From contig JBJOIB010000268.1 of the NCBI GenBank assembly GCA_046047375.1, forward strand, positions 1-35,195: a DNA stretch of 35,195 bases, written 5' to 3'. Origin of the DNA: Bacteroidota bacterium. GTDB lineage: Bacteria; Bacteroidota; Bacteroidia; Flavobacteriales_D; Sanyastnellaceae. Shown here piece by piece: positions 19,288-28,269 of the stretch. Position 1 is the stretch's first letter, and each line of letters begins with the position of its first letter. The notes beneath the pieces are model-generated. The model ran no database searches. It was given only the letters and a program-made list of their open reading frames with translations, and had not been told where the DNA came from. The position numbers and the translations under genes were made by a program.

Positions 19288-20109
19288 AACATCAATTCTT
19301 AAACACAAATCCACAATCTTGATTTAAAAGAGATCATTCATCAAAAAAAACGTTCAATGAAGCCACCTTAAAACTAAACAAAACCCCGTTTAATCATCAT
19401 TTAATTTAGACGAAACGACATAAAACGTAGATTAAAACAAATACAGCTAACTTCTGATGTATCAAAAAGAGTTTAATCGAACGCTACCTCAGCAAATGTC
19501 AAACAACATTATACATCATCAATAGTGTTAGCCAGCTAAAAAAGTTTCGATTCTCAGTGCGTGCTGAAAAATACAAACCTGTTATTTCTGTCCAACTTTA
19601 AGACACTCAATAAAAATCTTAGATAGAGAAGATCGATTTTATTCCAATGTTTCGAAACGAATGACCGTAAAAAAGTAAAGGTCTCCGCTCGTTTGCAGTG
19701 ACCTTACTCGGGATCGTAATGATAATGATAATCATTCGGAAAGACTGTGCCTATTCCCTTACTGAGAACCTCCAGACTGAGAAAATTGAATTATTCCTTA
19801 ATCTGCTGCATGGTCAGTCTATTTGTGTTTGGTGCTGTTACGGCTATGTTTTCTTGAGTTTAATTTTATGTCTCTTCTTGGCAATCGAATCAGGCTTCTT
19901 CTTCCGCATTGCTGAGGACACAGACCTATTGGGTTTGCCGCTATTAGCTGTTATTTGTAACTTCGTTTTAGTTTACATCACCGAAGTCCGAATCAACGAA
20001 TTAGGTACCCCCAATTAAGATCGGTGAAAGCACTTCCGTTTTTGTTGAGTGCTCTCACGTGGTGGCACAAAACCAATTCAATCCCCTTGGCACTACAGAA
20101 TAACTTTCT

Positions 20110-20484
20110 CTATGAATCCAAAGATTCAAAAAAGTCAAAAGGAAGTGGTTTTTCAACAAAGCGTTTTACGCATAAACTTTCAGCAGCACGCTGTTTATCG
20201 TTAACATCGATGGATGAAGAGCAAACGTACAATTGCGAATTTCCATTTTCGCAGCGCAAGCGTTCAAACTCCTCCAAGAACAGCCACCCGCCACCCACTG
20301 GAATGTTGATATCCAGAAGAATTGCATCGGGAACTTCGTTGGTTTCTTGCAGGGCTTGGTTGGCCTCCTGCACGGTTGGCAACTCTCGAACCTCCCATTT
20401 AGTGCTAGATGCTTGCGCTATGGTACGCACAATCATTCTGAAGATCGCATCGTCGTCGATGACCCAAAGTTGCTTACTGCTCAT
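20110..20484 (-). CDS. Stand-alone CheY-like response regulator (receiver only)
   Basis: 124 aa with LWVIDDDAIFRMI...AILLDINIPVGGGW...VCSSS...VEKPL. There is no output domain. It overlaps the upstream kinase gene by 11 nt. Confidence 0.9.
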   Translation of the reverse strand: MSSKQLWVIDDDAIFRMIVRTIAQASSTKWEVRELPTVQEANQALQETNEVPDAILLDINIPVGGGWLFLEEFERLRCENGNSQLYVCSSSIDVNDKQRAAESLCVKRFVEKPLPFDFFESLDS

Positions 20485-22435
20485 TACCCGGTAAATATAC
20501 GGTGAAAGTCGTACCTACATCAGGTGTACTTTCAACAGTCACTGTCCCCCCCATCATCTCCGCTTGATTGCGGGTCAGGTATAAACCTATTCCCTGTCCT
20601 TTCCCTTCTGAATTAAAGGTTTTAAACATCCCAAAGATATCAGACCCGTGTCGCTCCAAATCAATCCCTCTTCCATTATCCTTAACCTTCAGTTCGAAAC
20701 CATTACCCATCTTGAATGTCGAAACGTGAATATGTGGTTCACGGTCTGCACTTCGGTACTTGATAGCATTTGTTATGAGGTTCATAACAATACTTTCAAG
20801 CAATGCCTTGTCTGACCAAATCAAAGGAGCACTTTCGCAATCACATTCAAACGTGGCTTGTGTCTCTTGAATATCAAACGCAAGTGAATCTATGATCTTT
20901 CTTATCAAGCGATTGATGTCCACAGCTTCTTTATCGACCTTTGGATCAACACCCATCGAGATGGTGCTGTTCAAACTGCGTATTGTTTCATCGAGGTTGT
21001 GAACAGAGCGGTCAAGGACTTCAAAAAACTTGATAGCTCCATCAGGAATCGGATGCATTTGGATAAGCTTAACCAAAGCCATAATGTTGCTGGTATGCGA
21101 CCGGATGTTGTGAGACAGTACATTCGAGAAATTGTGTAAACGATCATTCCGTGACTTTACGTCGGCGAGAGCCTTTTCAAGCTCTTTCATTCGCACATCG
21201 CGATCAGCTTCCAATTCTTTCCGCTTCGTAATGTCGCGAATCAATAATACGCCTTGTACTTCGTCAATTGGACTTAGTCGGGTCTCGAAAAAACAATGGG
21301 TATCCGGACATTGCATAATCATTTCGAGGTTCTCATCGCCCTTCTCTTTGTCACGCCCACTCAACTGCTCACCCAATTTTGAGGCCATTCCACTATCATT
21401 AATGAACTGGATCATTTGCTGGCGAACTGGAGTCAACGGTTGGAGTTCGAACTTTTGAGTATCGGCTGAGTGCCGAATAAGTATGAGTTCATCAGGGAGA
21501 GCATTGATAACAGCACTCAGCTGGTTTCGACTAGCTTCAATTTCCTCTTTCGCCTTAACCGCCTCAGTGATATCGCGCTGTATCGAAATGAAATTCGCAA
21601 TTTTACCCTCATCGTTCTTTATGGGGTAGATTTGAATTTCAACGTGATAAGGAACCCCATCTTTTCGATAGTTGACCACCCGCTCCATACAAGGCTCGCC
21701 TTTGCGTATGGCCTCCTCCATGCGGCGCTTCGATTCCTCGTCCTTGTATGATCGCCGAAGAACTTCATCAGGAAATCTTCCTATCACTTCGCTTAGATGG
21801 TAACCACTTACTCGCTCAAACGCTGCATTTACCCATTCAATGCGCTGATCGGCATCTTTCAGAACGACCATGTTGTCGGTGTGGGTGGCAATAAAGCTCA
21901 AGCGGTCCTTTACGCGGTTCAATTCACTATTGGCCTCTTCGGTCTTGATCCTTAGGTAAATGGTTGCAGACAAGTGGATGAGGAACCTGAATGATTCTCG
22001 CTCCATCGGACTAAACGCGTCGACTCTACTGCTAACGGCACCAAAAACTCCTACAACTTTCCCTTCTACCCGTATTGGATGATACAACCGAGAACGAACT
22101 TGGAATGATCGGTCGCTGTCTGTTGTTGTATAAGTGGGATCATTTAAAACATCCGGAATATACCACCCTTCACCCGATTGAAAAACCTTTCCCGGATGCC
22201 GCTCCATCGCCGTGCTTTCTGCCGCGAGACGTTCATCTTCTGTGAAGCCTTTGGCCACTAGCAATTCTAGCCGTTCGGTGTCTTGGTTGTAAAGATACAG
22301 ACCCGAATATTCCATGACCATCAACTCGTCAAGCGTCTTCTCTACCTCTGAAATCCATTCGGGAATTGTACGCAGGGTATTGAAGCGCTCCAGGTAGTCA
22401 GTACAGCGAATAAGTTCCTCGTGGGCAGTGGCCAT
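20474..22435 (-). CDS. Soluble GAF-PAS-PAS sensor histidine kinase
   Basis: 653 aa with no evident TM segment. N-terminal GAF-like region (LYLYNQDTERLELLVAKGF...VVGVFGAVS). PAS regions, H-box FSNVLSHNIRSHTSNI, and an ATP-binding region GQGIGLYLTRNQAEMMGGTVTVES. Confidence 0.9.
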   Translation of the reverse strand: MATAHEELIRCTDYLERFNTLRTIPEWISEVEKTLDELMVMEYSGLYLYNQDTERLELLVAKGFTEDERLAAESTAMERHPGKVFQSGEGWYIPDVLNDPTYTTTDSDRSFQVRSRLYHPIRVEGKVVGVFGAVSSRVDAFSPMERESFRFLIHLSATIYLRIKTEEANSELNRVKDRLSFIATHTDNMVVLKDADQRIEWVNAAFERVSGYHLSEVIGRFPDEVLRRSYKDEESKRRMEEAIRKGEPCMERVVNYRKDGVPYHVEIQIYPIKNDEGKIANFISIQRDITEAVKAKEEIEASRNQLSAVINALPDELILIRHSADTQKFELQPLTPVRQQMIQFINDSGMASKLGEQLSGRDKEKGDENLEMIMQCPDTHCFFETRLSPIDEVQGVLLIRDITKRKELEADRDVRMKELEKALADVKSRNDRLHNFSNVLSHNIRSHTSNIMALVKLIQMHPIPDGAIKFFEVLDRSVHNLDETIRSLNSTISMGVDPKVDKEAVDINRLIRKIIDSLAFDIQETQATFECDCESAPLIWSDKALLESIVMNLITNAIKYRSADREPHIHVSTFKMGNGFELKVKDNGRGIDLERHGSDIFGMFKTFNSEGKGQGIGLYLTRNQAEMMGGTVTVESTPDVGTTFTVYLPGNEQ

Positions 22436-22447
22436 GAATGATCCGAA

Positions 22448-22861
22448 TTAAGCTTTCAATGCCGCTTCCACAATGGCTTCGTCTTGCTTGTAATGCCCTC
22501 CACTTACACCGATCGCACCACAGATTTGACCCTCGTGCATGATCGGACTTCCACCGCCAAGCAAGATGAAGTCTGGTAATTGCTGGGCGCCGTGCAAAAG
22601 AATCGGATCGTCTTTGATGAAATTGTACCAAGCATCTCCCGTTGGAAAGCCAAAACCTGCGGCCAAACGGGCTTTCTTAATAGCAGTTTCAACCGAGATT
22701 AAAGGCGCACCGTCCATGCGATGAAAGGCCTTCATGATTCCGCTCTCATCAACGATAGCAATGACATAGGCTCCCTGCATACGTTTCGCTTCGGCAACTG
22801 CGCGATTTATCATTTCCAGCGCTGTCTCAGCCGAAATAGAAAACTTTGTAACAACACTCAT
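22448..22861 (-). CDS. GlcG/HbpS-family (DUF336) putative haem-binding protein, cytoplasmic
   Basis: 137 aa. Family-typical AYVIAIVDESG...FHRMDGAPLISVETAIKKARLAA and GGGSPIMHEGQICGAIGVSGG. There is no signal peptide. The stop lies 12 nt upstream of the kinase start. Confidence 0.85.
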   Translation of the reverse strand: MSVVTKFSISAETALEMINRAVAEAKRMQGAYVIAIVDESGIMKAFHRMDGAPLISVETAIKKARLAAGFGFPTGDAWYNFIKDDPILLHGAQQLPDFILLGGGSPIMHEGQICGAIGVSGGHYKQDEAIVEAALKA

Positions 22862-23369
22862 AGTTTATTAGTCTATTCTCTAATATACAAATCAAACTCT
22901 TAGCAGTTCAATGTAAAAAATATAGAATAACACCCATTCGACAGAATGACAAATAAAGACGACGAAATGCATAGATATTCAAATCCGCTAGAATTAAATT
23001 GGCCTCATATGGATCATAAGAGCCACGTAAAACAAAAAAGACCATGCGCGGCTAGCAACCAATAATCCAACCCAAAGGCCCAAAACGGAACTATATTGTG
23101 ATGACAAGCGAGATCGTCTTTCACAATGAACGAGGCGCCGTCAGGCCCAATCTGTGGCTGCTTCTTACGCTTACCCCCGACTTCAAAGGTGTAGGTGCAG
23201 GCGGTGAAATCGGCGGGTTCTAATTTTTACAAAAGCAAATTTTCCAGACAGATAAAATTAGAATCCATTATCTGTTCGCAGAGATAAGTTATCTGCACTA
23301 AACTTTTTATCGTTTTAATTCCAAAGTCAGTCTATGCGTGAACTCGAACACATTTAATCCGTTTTGACA

Positions 23370-25478
23370 TTAAAAATAACGTATTGCCCTCACACGTCCA
23401 GAAACAAAGCTCTTAGCGAAGTCAATACCTTGTCCGTTTTGAAAATTAATTAGATTGGCACTGTATGCGTTTAATTCGGTAGAAGTCCAGTAATAGTTGG
23501 CTTGAAAGCCTCCCAATCCTTGGGAATGAAGGTTCTGGTACATCTTGACTAAGTCCCAGTATGTTGGCAAGTACCAATCTGAGAATCCTCCAGAAGAATA
23601 ATTCTCACAAAGCCAAGCAGCGATGTTACTTTCGGAACATCCTGCCGTGATTAGAGTTGTATTATTCGCAGCCTGCCCCAAAGTCATGCTTGTAGCGCCT
23701 ATCAGCGTGTTTACACAACCCCAAGTGGCAATTCCAAGATCAGTATTAGAGACTATAATTCCATGCGGCACTGCAGGATCATATCCAGGGTCACCGGGTT
23801 GGAAAAGATATCCCAAAATCCCCCCTCCCAATGGGCTACCGATCGAAATACATGAAACATAATCACACGACTCATTATCATCGGTGGCAGCTGGATTGAA
23901 ATTGCAAGCATTCGAATCGGTACACCCTGCCACTTCCAGCTCATCCGGAACGCCATCACCATCGGCATCGTTTACAGGAGTACCATCGCAATTGAAGTAA
24001 TCTTGTTGGTATTGGCATGAACCATTGTCTTCTGTAGCTTCTTCGCTATAGTTACAAGCTGCAGTATCTGTGCACCCGAGGAATTCAAGCTCATCACAAA
24101 CACCATCTCCATCGGCATCGTTCAAACATGCGCCATTGCAATCCAGAAATTCAGCTGGATAAGCACAATAGCCCAAATCAAAAGTTGCGTTTGGATTGTA
24201 ATTGCAGCCAGCAGGATCCATGCAACCAGCGCCACTGCAATATGATCCGTAAGAAGATAAAAAGCTCAACAAGTCAGCCGAGGTTATTTGTCCATCGTTG
24301 TTCACGTCTCCTTTGCACGTAACAAAACACGACCCATCATCCAAGGTTGCTCCAGGTGTGTAGTTAGCAGCTTCCGTAAAGGTGCAACCAGACACCTCTT
24401 CAAGGTCGCACAAACCGTTGTTATTGAGATCGAGCAGGCAGTTGCCTGCGCAATCGTAGTTGGGTTCGGGGAAGGTACATGAACCGTCGCCCACATTGGC
24501 TTCAGGGTTGTAGTTGCAGGCCGTTGGGTATTCACACCCGTACACTTCCACCTCATCGCACACACCATTGTTGTTGCAGTCATTGAGACAGTTGCCAGCG
24601 CAATCGAGGTTGGGTTCAGCGAACACACACTCACCCCCTTGCCCAAAGTTGCAGGCGGCAGGGTCGGCGCAAGGGGCTACATAGGGTACACCGGTGTAGA
24701 GGGCTGTGATTTCTTCAGGGGTAAGAGCGCGGTTGTAGATGGCGATGTCGTCGATTGCTCCATTGAATGGATCAATCAAATTATTCTGATAATAGCGGGC
24801 TCCAATAGTTGTGTGGTCAAAAACATTACCAATTTGTTGAGGAATATTGTTTGAACAAAACTGGCAGTTGTAATTATTGCTCTGTAAAATAGAATTTAAG
24901 TAAACCTTTTGTCGATTTTCCGAAATACCTTGACTCCCGTCAAAAACAATAACTATGTGATTGAAATCTTGAAAATTCAACTGAGAACTAGAACCTACTG
25001 ATAACCCACCGAGGTAGGCCGTGAAAATATTCCACCCCGAATTATTCCCATAAAAGCCAGTGTAAAAACTTACTGGCGTTCCATATTGAACAGGATTTGA
25101 TTTCCAATTTGCAAAGACTGTTTGGGGAGTTAATTGACCTTGATTAGGAACAAGCCAATACTGAATTGAAAAACTTGTGGAATTTGCTATTTGTCCTGAA
25201 TTAAGTGGTAAATCAATGACGTCATCCACCCCATCAAAACTATATGCCGCATTGGGATTACCATCGCGGTCGTCAGACAACGTCGCCCCATTCACAACCC
25301 CATCATTCCCGTTCCCACTTTCATCATTGGCGTTGCCATTGAACGGCCACCAGCCGACGAGCCCTTCGGTGGGCAGGTAATCGGGCAGTTGGGCCTGGGT
25401 GGTGAGGGGGTTGGCTGCCCATGCGAGCAAAGTAAATACTGCTGCCACGAGCGCGTGTGAAGTTGTTGTTGGCTTCAT
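23370..25478 (-). CDS. Secreted LamG_3 / Cys-module stalk / DUF1566 (Lcl C-terminal-like) protein
   Basis: 702 aa with a signal peptide (AVFTLLAWAANPLTTQAQ). LamG_3 hallmarks (WWPFNGNANDESGNGNDG...IDDIAIYNRALTPEEITALY). Six GC..ACNYN...DDGSC modules, one internal dockerin-like loop, and C-terminal DUF1566-like SDWYLPTYWDLVKMY...YYWTSTE. Confidence 0.9.
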   Translation of the reverse strand: MKPTTTSHALVAAVFTLLAWAANPLTTQAQLPDYLPTEGLVGWWPFNGNANDESGNGNDGVVNGATLSDDRDGNPNAAYSFDGVDDVIDLPLNSGQIANSTSFSIQYWLVPNQGQLTPQTVFANWKSNPVQYGTPVSFYTGFYGNNSGWNIFTAYLGGLSVGSSSQLNFQDFNHIVIVFDGSQGISENRQKVYLNSILQSNNYNCQFCSNNIPQQIGNVFDHTTIGARYYQNNLIDPFNGAIDDIAIYNRALTPEEITALYTGVPYVAPCADPAACNFGQGGECVFAEPNLDCAGNCLNDCNNNGVCDEVEVYGCEYPTACNYNPEANVGDGSCTFPEPNYDCAGNCLLDLNNNGLCDLEEVSGCTFTEAANYTPGATLDDGSCFVTCKGDVNNDGQITSADLLSFLSSYGSYCSGAGCMDPAGCNYNPNATFDLGYCAYPAEFLDCNGACLNDADGDGVCDELEFLGCTDTAACNYSEEATEDNGSCQYQQDYFNCDGTPVNDADGDGVPDELEVAGCTDSNACNFNPAATDDNESCDYVSCISIGSPLGGGILGYLFQPGDPGYDPAVPHGIIVSNTDLGIATWGCVNTLIGATSMTLGQAANNTTLITAGCSESNIAAWLCENYSSGGFSDWYLPTYWDLVKMYQNLHSQGLGGFQANYYWTSTELNAYSANLINFQNGQGIDFAKSFVSGRVRAIRYF

Positions 25479-25706
25479 GTGTTGAATTAGTTAAAGCGGC
25501 TTAAATTTAAAGCATTATATGACACAACACGTGAAATCATCGACGAAAGCGATAAAAAGAACGACGTATAACACCACAAACATCTATCAAACGGTATTTA
25601 GCCAAGGAAACTAGGCTTTGCGCTCTTTGTAGTTTGGGTGCGTAGGTGGGTTTAACGACTATCCGGCTGGAGGCCGAGAAATAAGCAATAAACTGGCCTT
25701 GGCGAT

Positions 25707-26957
25707 TTACGCACCCAGCTTAAGAAGCCATTGCCAAACAGGTAGCATCTGAATAACACCTTCTTCAACGGTAAAGCTGTCGGCTTCGTCGTACGATAAA
25801 ATCAGTCCGGTTTGAACGTTTAGCGCACGCATTGCGGCTCTCAAACTGCGCAACTCGCGCGTGGCTGTTTCGGGGTCGCGAAGGGAATACGAAACCTGAA
25901 TCAACTGCTTCTTATCCGGAAGAAAAAAATCAACCTCGTGGTTCTTCTTCACAAAGAAGGGGCGCTCACCTCGTCGGCGCAATTCGATGTAAACCAAATT
26001 TTCAAGCAACTTGGTGGGTTGATCCATCAAAAACAGCCCTAAAATGCCCGTGTCCAGAAAGTAGTATTTCTTGGTTGACTCACGTTCGGCAAACTTGCTG
26101 TAATGGTTGGGAATGGATGCAATCAGGAAGGAGGATTCAAGGTATTCGAGGTAATCGAAAATCGTCGAATTGCCTATACTTACGCCGGTTGAGGCAATTA
26201 GATTCTTAATGCGGTTGACCGATGTTTCGTTGTTCACACTTTCGGCAAGTTTCTTTACCAAAAGCTTCAAGGCATTTGCATTTGAAACCTTATAGCGTGC
26301 AATCAAATCGCCGTAGAACAACTTTTGGTACACACTCGACAAATACTCGCGCTTGTTCTCGATGCGCAACAACTCGGGAAAACCACCAAAAAAGAGGTAC
26401 TCATGGAATGCCCGGAGCACCTCAAAGCGTTGCTTGGAATGTACGGTCAACGCCGATGTTTGTATCCCCTTAAAAACAAGGTACTCATCAAAGCCAAGGG
26501 GTAAAACCTCTTGATTGATGAACCTACCGCCCAATGTGGAGGCGATTTCGGCGCTAAGCATTTCGGCGTTGCTACCCGTGAGGTAGATGCGATGACCATC
26601 ATCGGCAAGGCGGCGGACGAACTTCTGCCAGTGCGGTACGTTTTGGATTTCATCGAAAAAAACGATGGGCTCGTGTTCGAACAACTCAGCATAGGCCTCC
26701 ATGATCAGGTGAAGGTCTGTGTGTGAAACCTCCAATAGCCGTTCGTCTTCGAAGTTGACCATCAAGATGCGTTCAACACTTGTGTGAACGATGATTTCTT
26801 GGATGATTTGATAGAGCATGTATGACTTTCCGGCGCGACGGAGACCGGTGAACACGTAATTCGCATTGGGCTCAATGGGTATGCTGCGCTTTACGGGATG
26901 AACAGTGCTCAACCATTCTTGCCGTTCGATGATGATGCGCTTGAAGATGTTTTTCAT
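25707..26957 (-). CDS. AAA+ ATPase of the AAA_14/DUF4143 (COG1373-like) type
   Basis: Walker A in VFTGLRRAGKSYML and Walker B-like IVFFDEIQ. The C-terminal region is typical of DUF4143 proteins. The preferred start is ATG 26957 (MKNIFKRIIIERQEW); the ORF track starts at 26987. Confidence 0.85.
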   Translation of the reverse strand: MKNIFKRIIIERQEWLSTVHPVKRSIPIEPNANYVFTGLRRAGKSYMLYQIIQEIIVHTSVERILMVNFEDERLLEVSHTDLHLIMEAYAELFEHEPIVFFDEIQNVPHWQKFVRRLADDGHRIYLTGSNAEMLSAEIASTLGGRFINQEVLPLGFDEYLVFKGIQTSALTVHSKQRFEVLRAFHEYLFFGGFPELLRIENKREYLSSVYQKLFYGDLIARYKVSNANALKLLVKKLAESVNNETSVNRIKNLIASTGVSIGNSTIFDYLEYLESSFLIASIPNHYSKFAERESTKKYYFLDTGILGLFLMDQPTKLLENLVYIELRRRGERPFFVKKNHEVDFFLPDKKQLIQVSYSLRDPETATRELRSLRAAMRALNVQTGLILSYDEADSFTVEEGVIQMLPVWQWLLKLGA

Positions 26958-26960
26958 TTT

Positions 26961-27010
26961 TATCCCGTTAACAGGATAAATATACATCTTTTTATATTAT
27001 GAACAGGATA
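26961..27010. promoter_or_regulatory. Candidate operator: an 18-bp near-palindrome TATCCCGTT|AACAGGATA plus a third AACAGGATA half-site 32 bp away
   Basis: Read directly. The palindrome at 26961-26978 has one mismatch and lies 4 nt upstream of ATG 26957. The extra half-site is at 27002-27010. Confidence 0.35.
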
Positions 27011-27183
27011 TTTACAGAGCCATTCTTCCAGTAAGAAGGAAATTCAACGTCCGCTTTCAATGGCCTCACCCCAAACCCCAACGGCCGGCTTAGTGTGTTA
27101 CAGTCGTTGTAGAAGGGACTTTCTCCTCTTATAACTTGCGACTAAATCTCTCCAAAAAGCTTGACAATTATCTGAGAGCATGC

Positions 27184-28269
27184 TTACCGGGCATTCCCCA
27201 AACGCACATAACCGTATTTGAGCATGAGGGTTATGGCAGCACCGTCAGGTTTACCAATGGTTCCCGTATACCCCAGTTGTTTGTCTACGCCGCGTTCGGC
27301 TGTTACCTTATAATTGGCAACTTCTACCGTGAAATTCTTGATCAACTCAAAATCGAAATCGAAGCTACCGTTGTACGTTGGTGAGAAGTTTAAAATAACA
27401 TCTGTACCTGTACCATTTATAGCCAATTTCTTACAGGTCTTAGCCACATTATCCACCCTAATTTCTCCAAATTTCGCAATGATATCGAGACTAGCTTGCA
27501 ATTGATCAATATCGAAATTCGACATCGATGTTGTTCCTGAAATGCTCGCCACACGGTCGATTCTGAAATCATCGTTTTTAGAATCCATCCGAACAACTTC
27601 CACGTTTTCCAATTCAATTTCACTATTTGAAGACTGGATGAATAATTCTCCTCCATTCCTTATATCCACCAGCTCCATAAATTGCAGTTCTAACAAGCGC
27701 GCTTTTCGAATGCTGTTGATCTTCAATTTACCGTATTTCGCGTTGATTCTGCGCACGTAAGCTAAGTCATTCGCGCGAAAATCGCCGTGGGCTAGTTCCA
27801 GTTCAAACTCCCCTTTTAGGTTATCCATGGTTACATCACCAAATCGGTTCACAATAAACAAGTCGCACTGAATAGGCATATAAATTACCACGTCTACAGA
27901 CAAGCGCTGACTGCTTCCCATAGACCGTTTGATATCGTACATACCTTTACGAATGAAGTTCACCCCCTCTCTCCATCGAACTTCAGCGTCCACAACATTG
28001 CCGTTTTTCGCAATAAAGACCGTCACATCGTTGAGCATGGAATTAACCATCGTTATATCTGTAGCGGTAGCACTCACAACAATGCTCACTGCTATTGAAT
28101 CTTTTTCCCAAGGTTCAATGCGAACATTCCCGTACATATTCACCACATCCACACGGGTGTCAGGGTTTGCGCCAAACGTTTTTTCAAACGTCCTGGAGTG
28201 CTCCATGAACTCAGCCAAAATGCTAAAAGGGAGCAGGAGAAATGCTAATACCAGGTAGTTATGCTTCAT
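27184..28269 (-). CDS. Secreted DUF4097-like beta-strand-repeat protein (putative adhesin/GIN-type fold)
   Basis: 361 aa with signal peptide MKHNYLVLAFLLLPFSILA. Repetitive short beta-rungs (VDVVNMYGNVRIEPWEKDSIAV, GDVTMDNLKGEFELELAHGDFRA). It is the last gene of the ECF sigma operon and overlaps the upstream gene by 11 nt. Confidence 0.65.
   Translation of the reverse strand: MKHNYLVLAFLLLPFSILAEFMEHSRTFEKTFGANPDTRVDVVNMYGNVRIEPWEKDSIAVSIVVSATATDITMVNSMLNDVTVFIAKNGNVVDAEVRWREGVNFIRKGMYDIKRSMGSSQRLSVDVVIYMPIQCDLFIVNRFGDVTMDNLKGEFELELAHGDFRANDLAYVRRINAKYGKLKINSIRKARLLELQFMELVDIRNGGELFIQSSNSEIELENVEVVRMDSKNDDFRIDRVASISGTTSMSNFDIDQLQASLDIIAKFGEIRVDNVAKTCKKLAINGTGTDVILNFSPTYNGSFDFDFELIKNFTVEVANYKVTAERGVDKQLGYTGTIGKPDGAAITLMLKYGYVRLGNAR

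Noticed and set aside
19698-20018. 106-aa hydrophobic plus-strand ORF in the AT-rich gap.
   Set aside because: It has a GTG start with no promoter box seen. It is Cys/Leu/Ile-rich, as expected from AT-rich non-coding DNA, and has no motif. It is mentioned under the gap finding only.
19315-20109. An invertible (phase-variable) promoter upstream of the 1016-aa surface protein gene.
   Set aside because: Only local short palindromes were found. There is no pair of longer inverted repeats flanking a promoter-sized segment, and no recombinase gene nearby.
20024-20505. 156-aa and 90-aa plus-strand ORFs.
   Set aside because: They are antisense to the clear CheY-like receiver gene and the end of the kinase gene.
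21132-22903. ORFs 21132-21458, 21470-21751, 22398-22631, 22504-22692, 22539-22724 and 22721-22903.
   Set aside because: They are antisense or off-frame within the kinase and GlcG-like genes, which have strong family motifs.
25707-26957. The AAA_14/DUF4143 ATPase as a phage-defence system.
   Set aside because: It is a single gene with no adjacent nuclease, methylase, TIR, SIR2 or other effector partner, and no defence-island context. There is not enough evidence for such a call.
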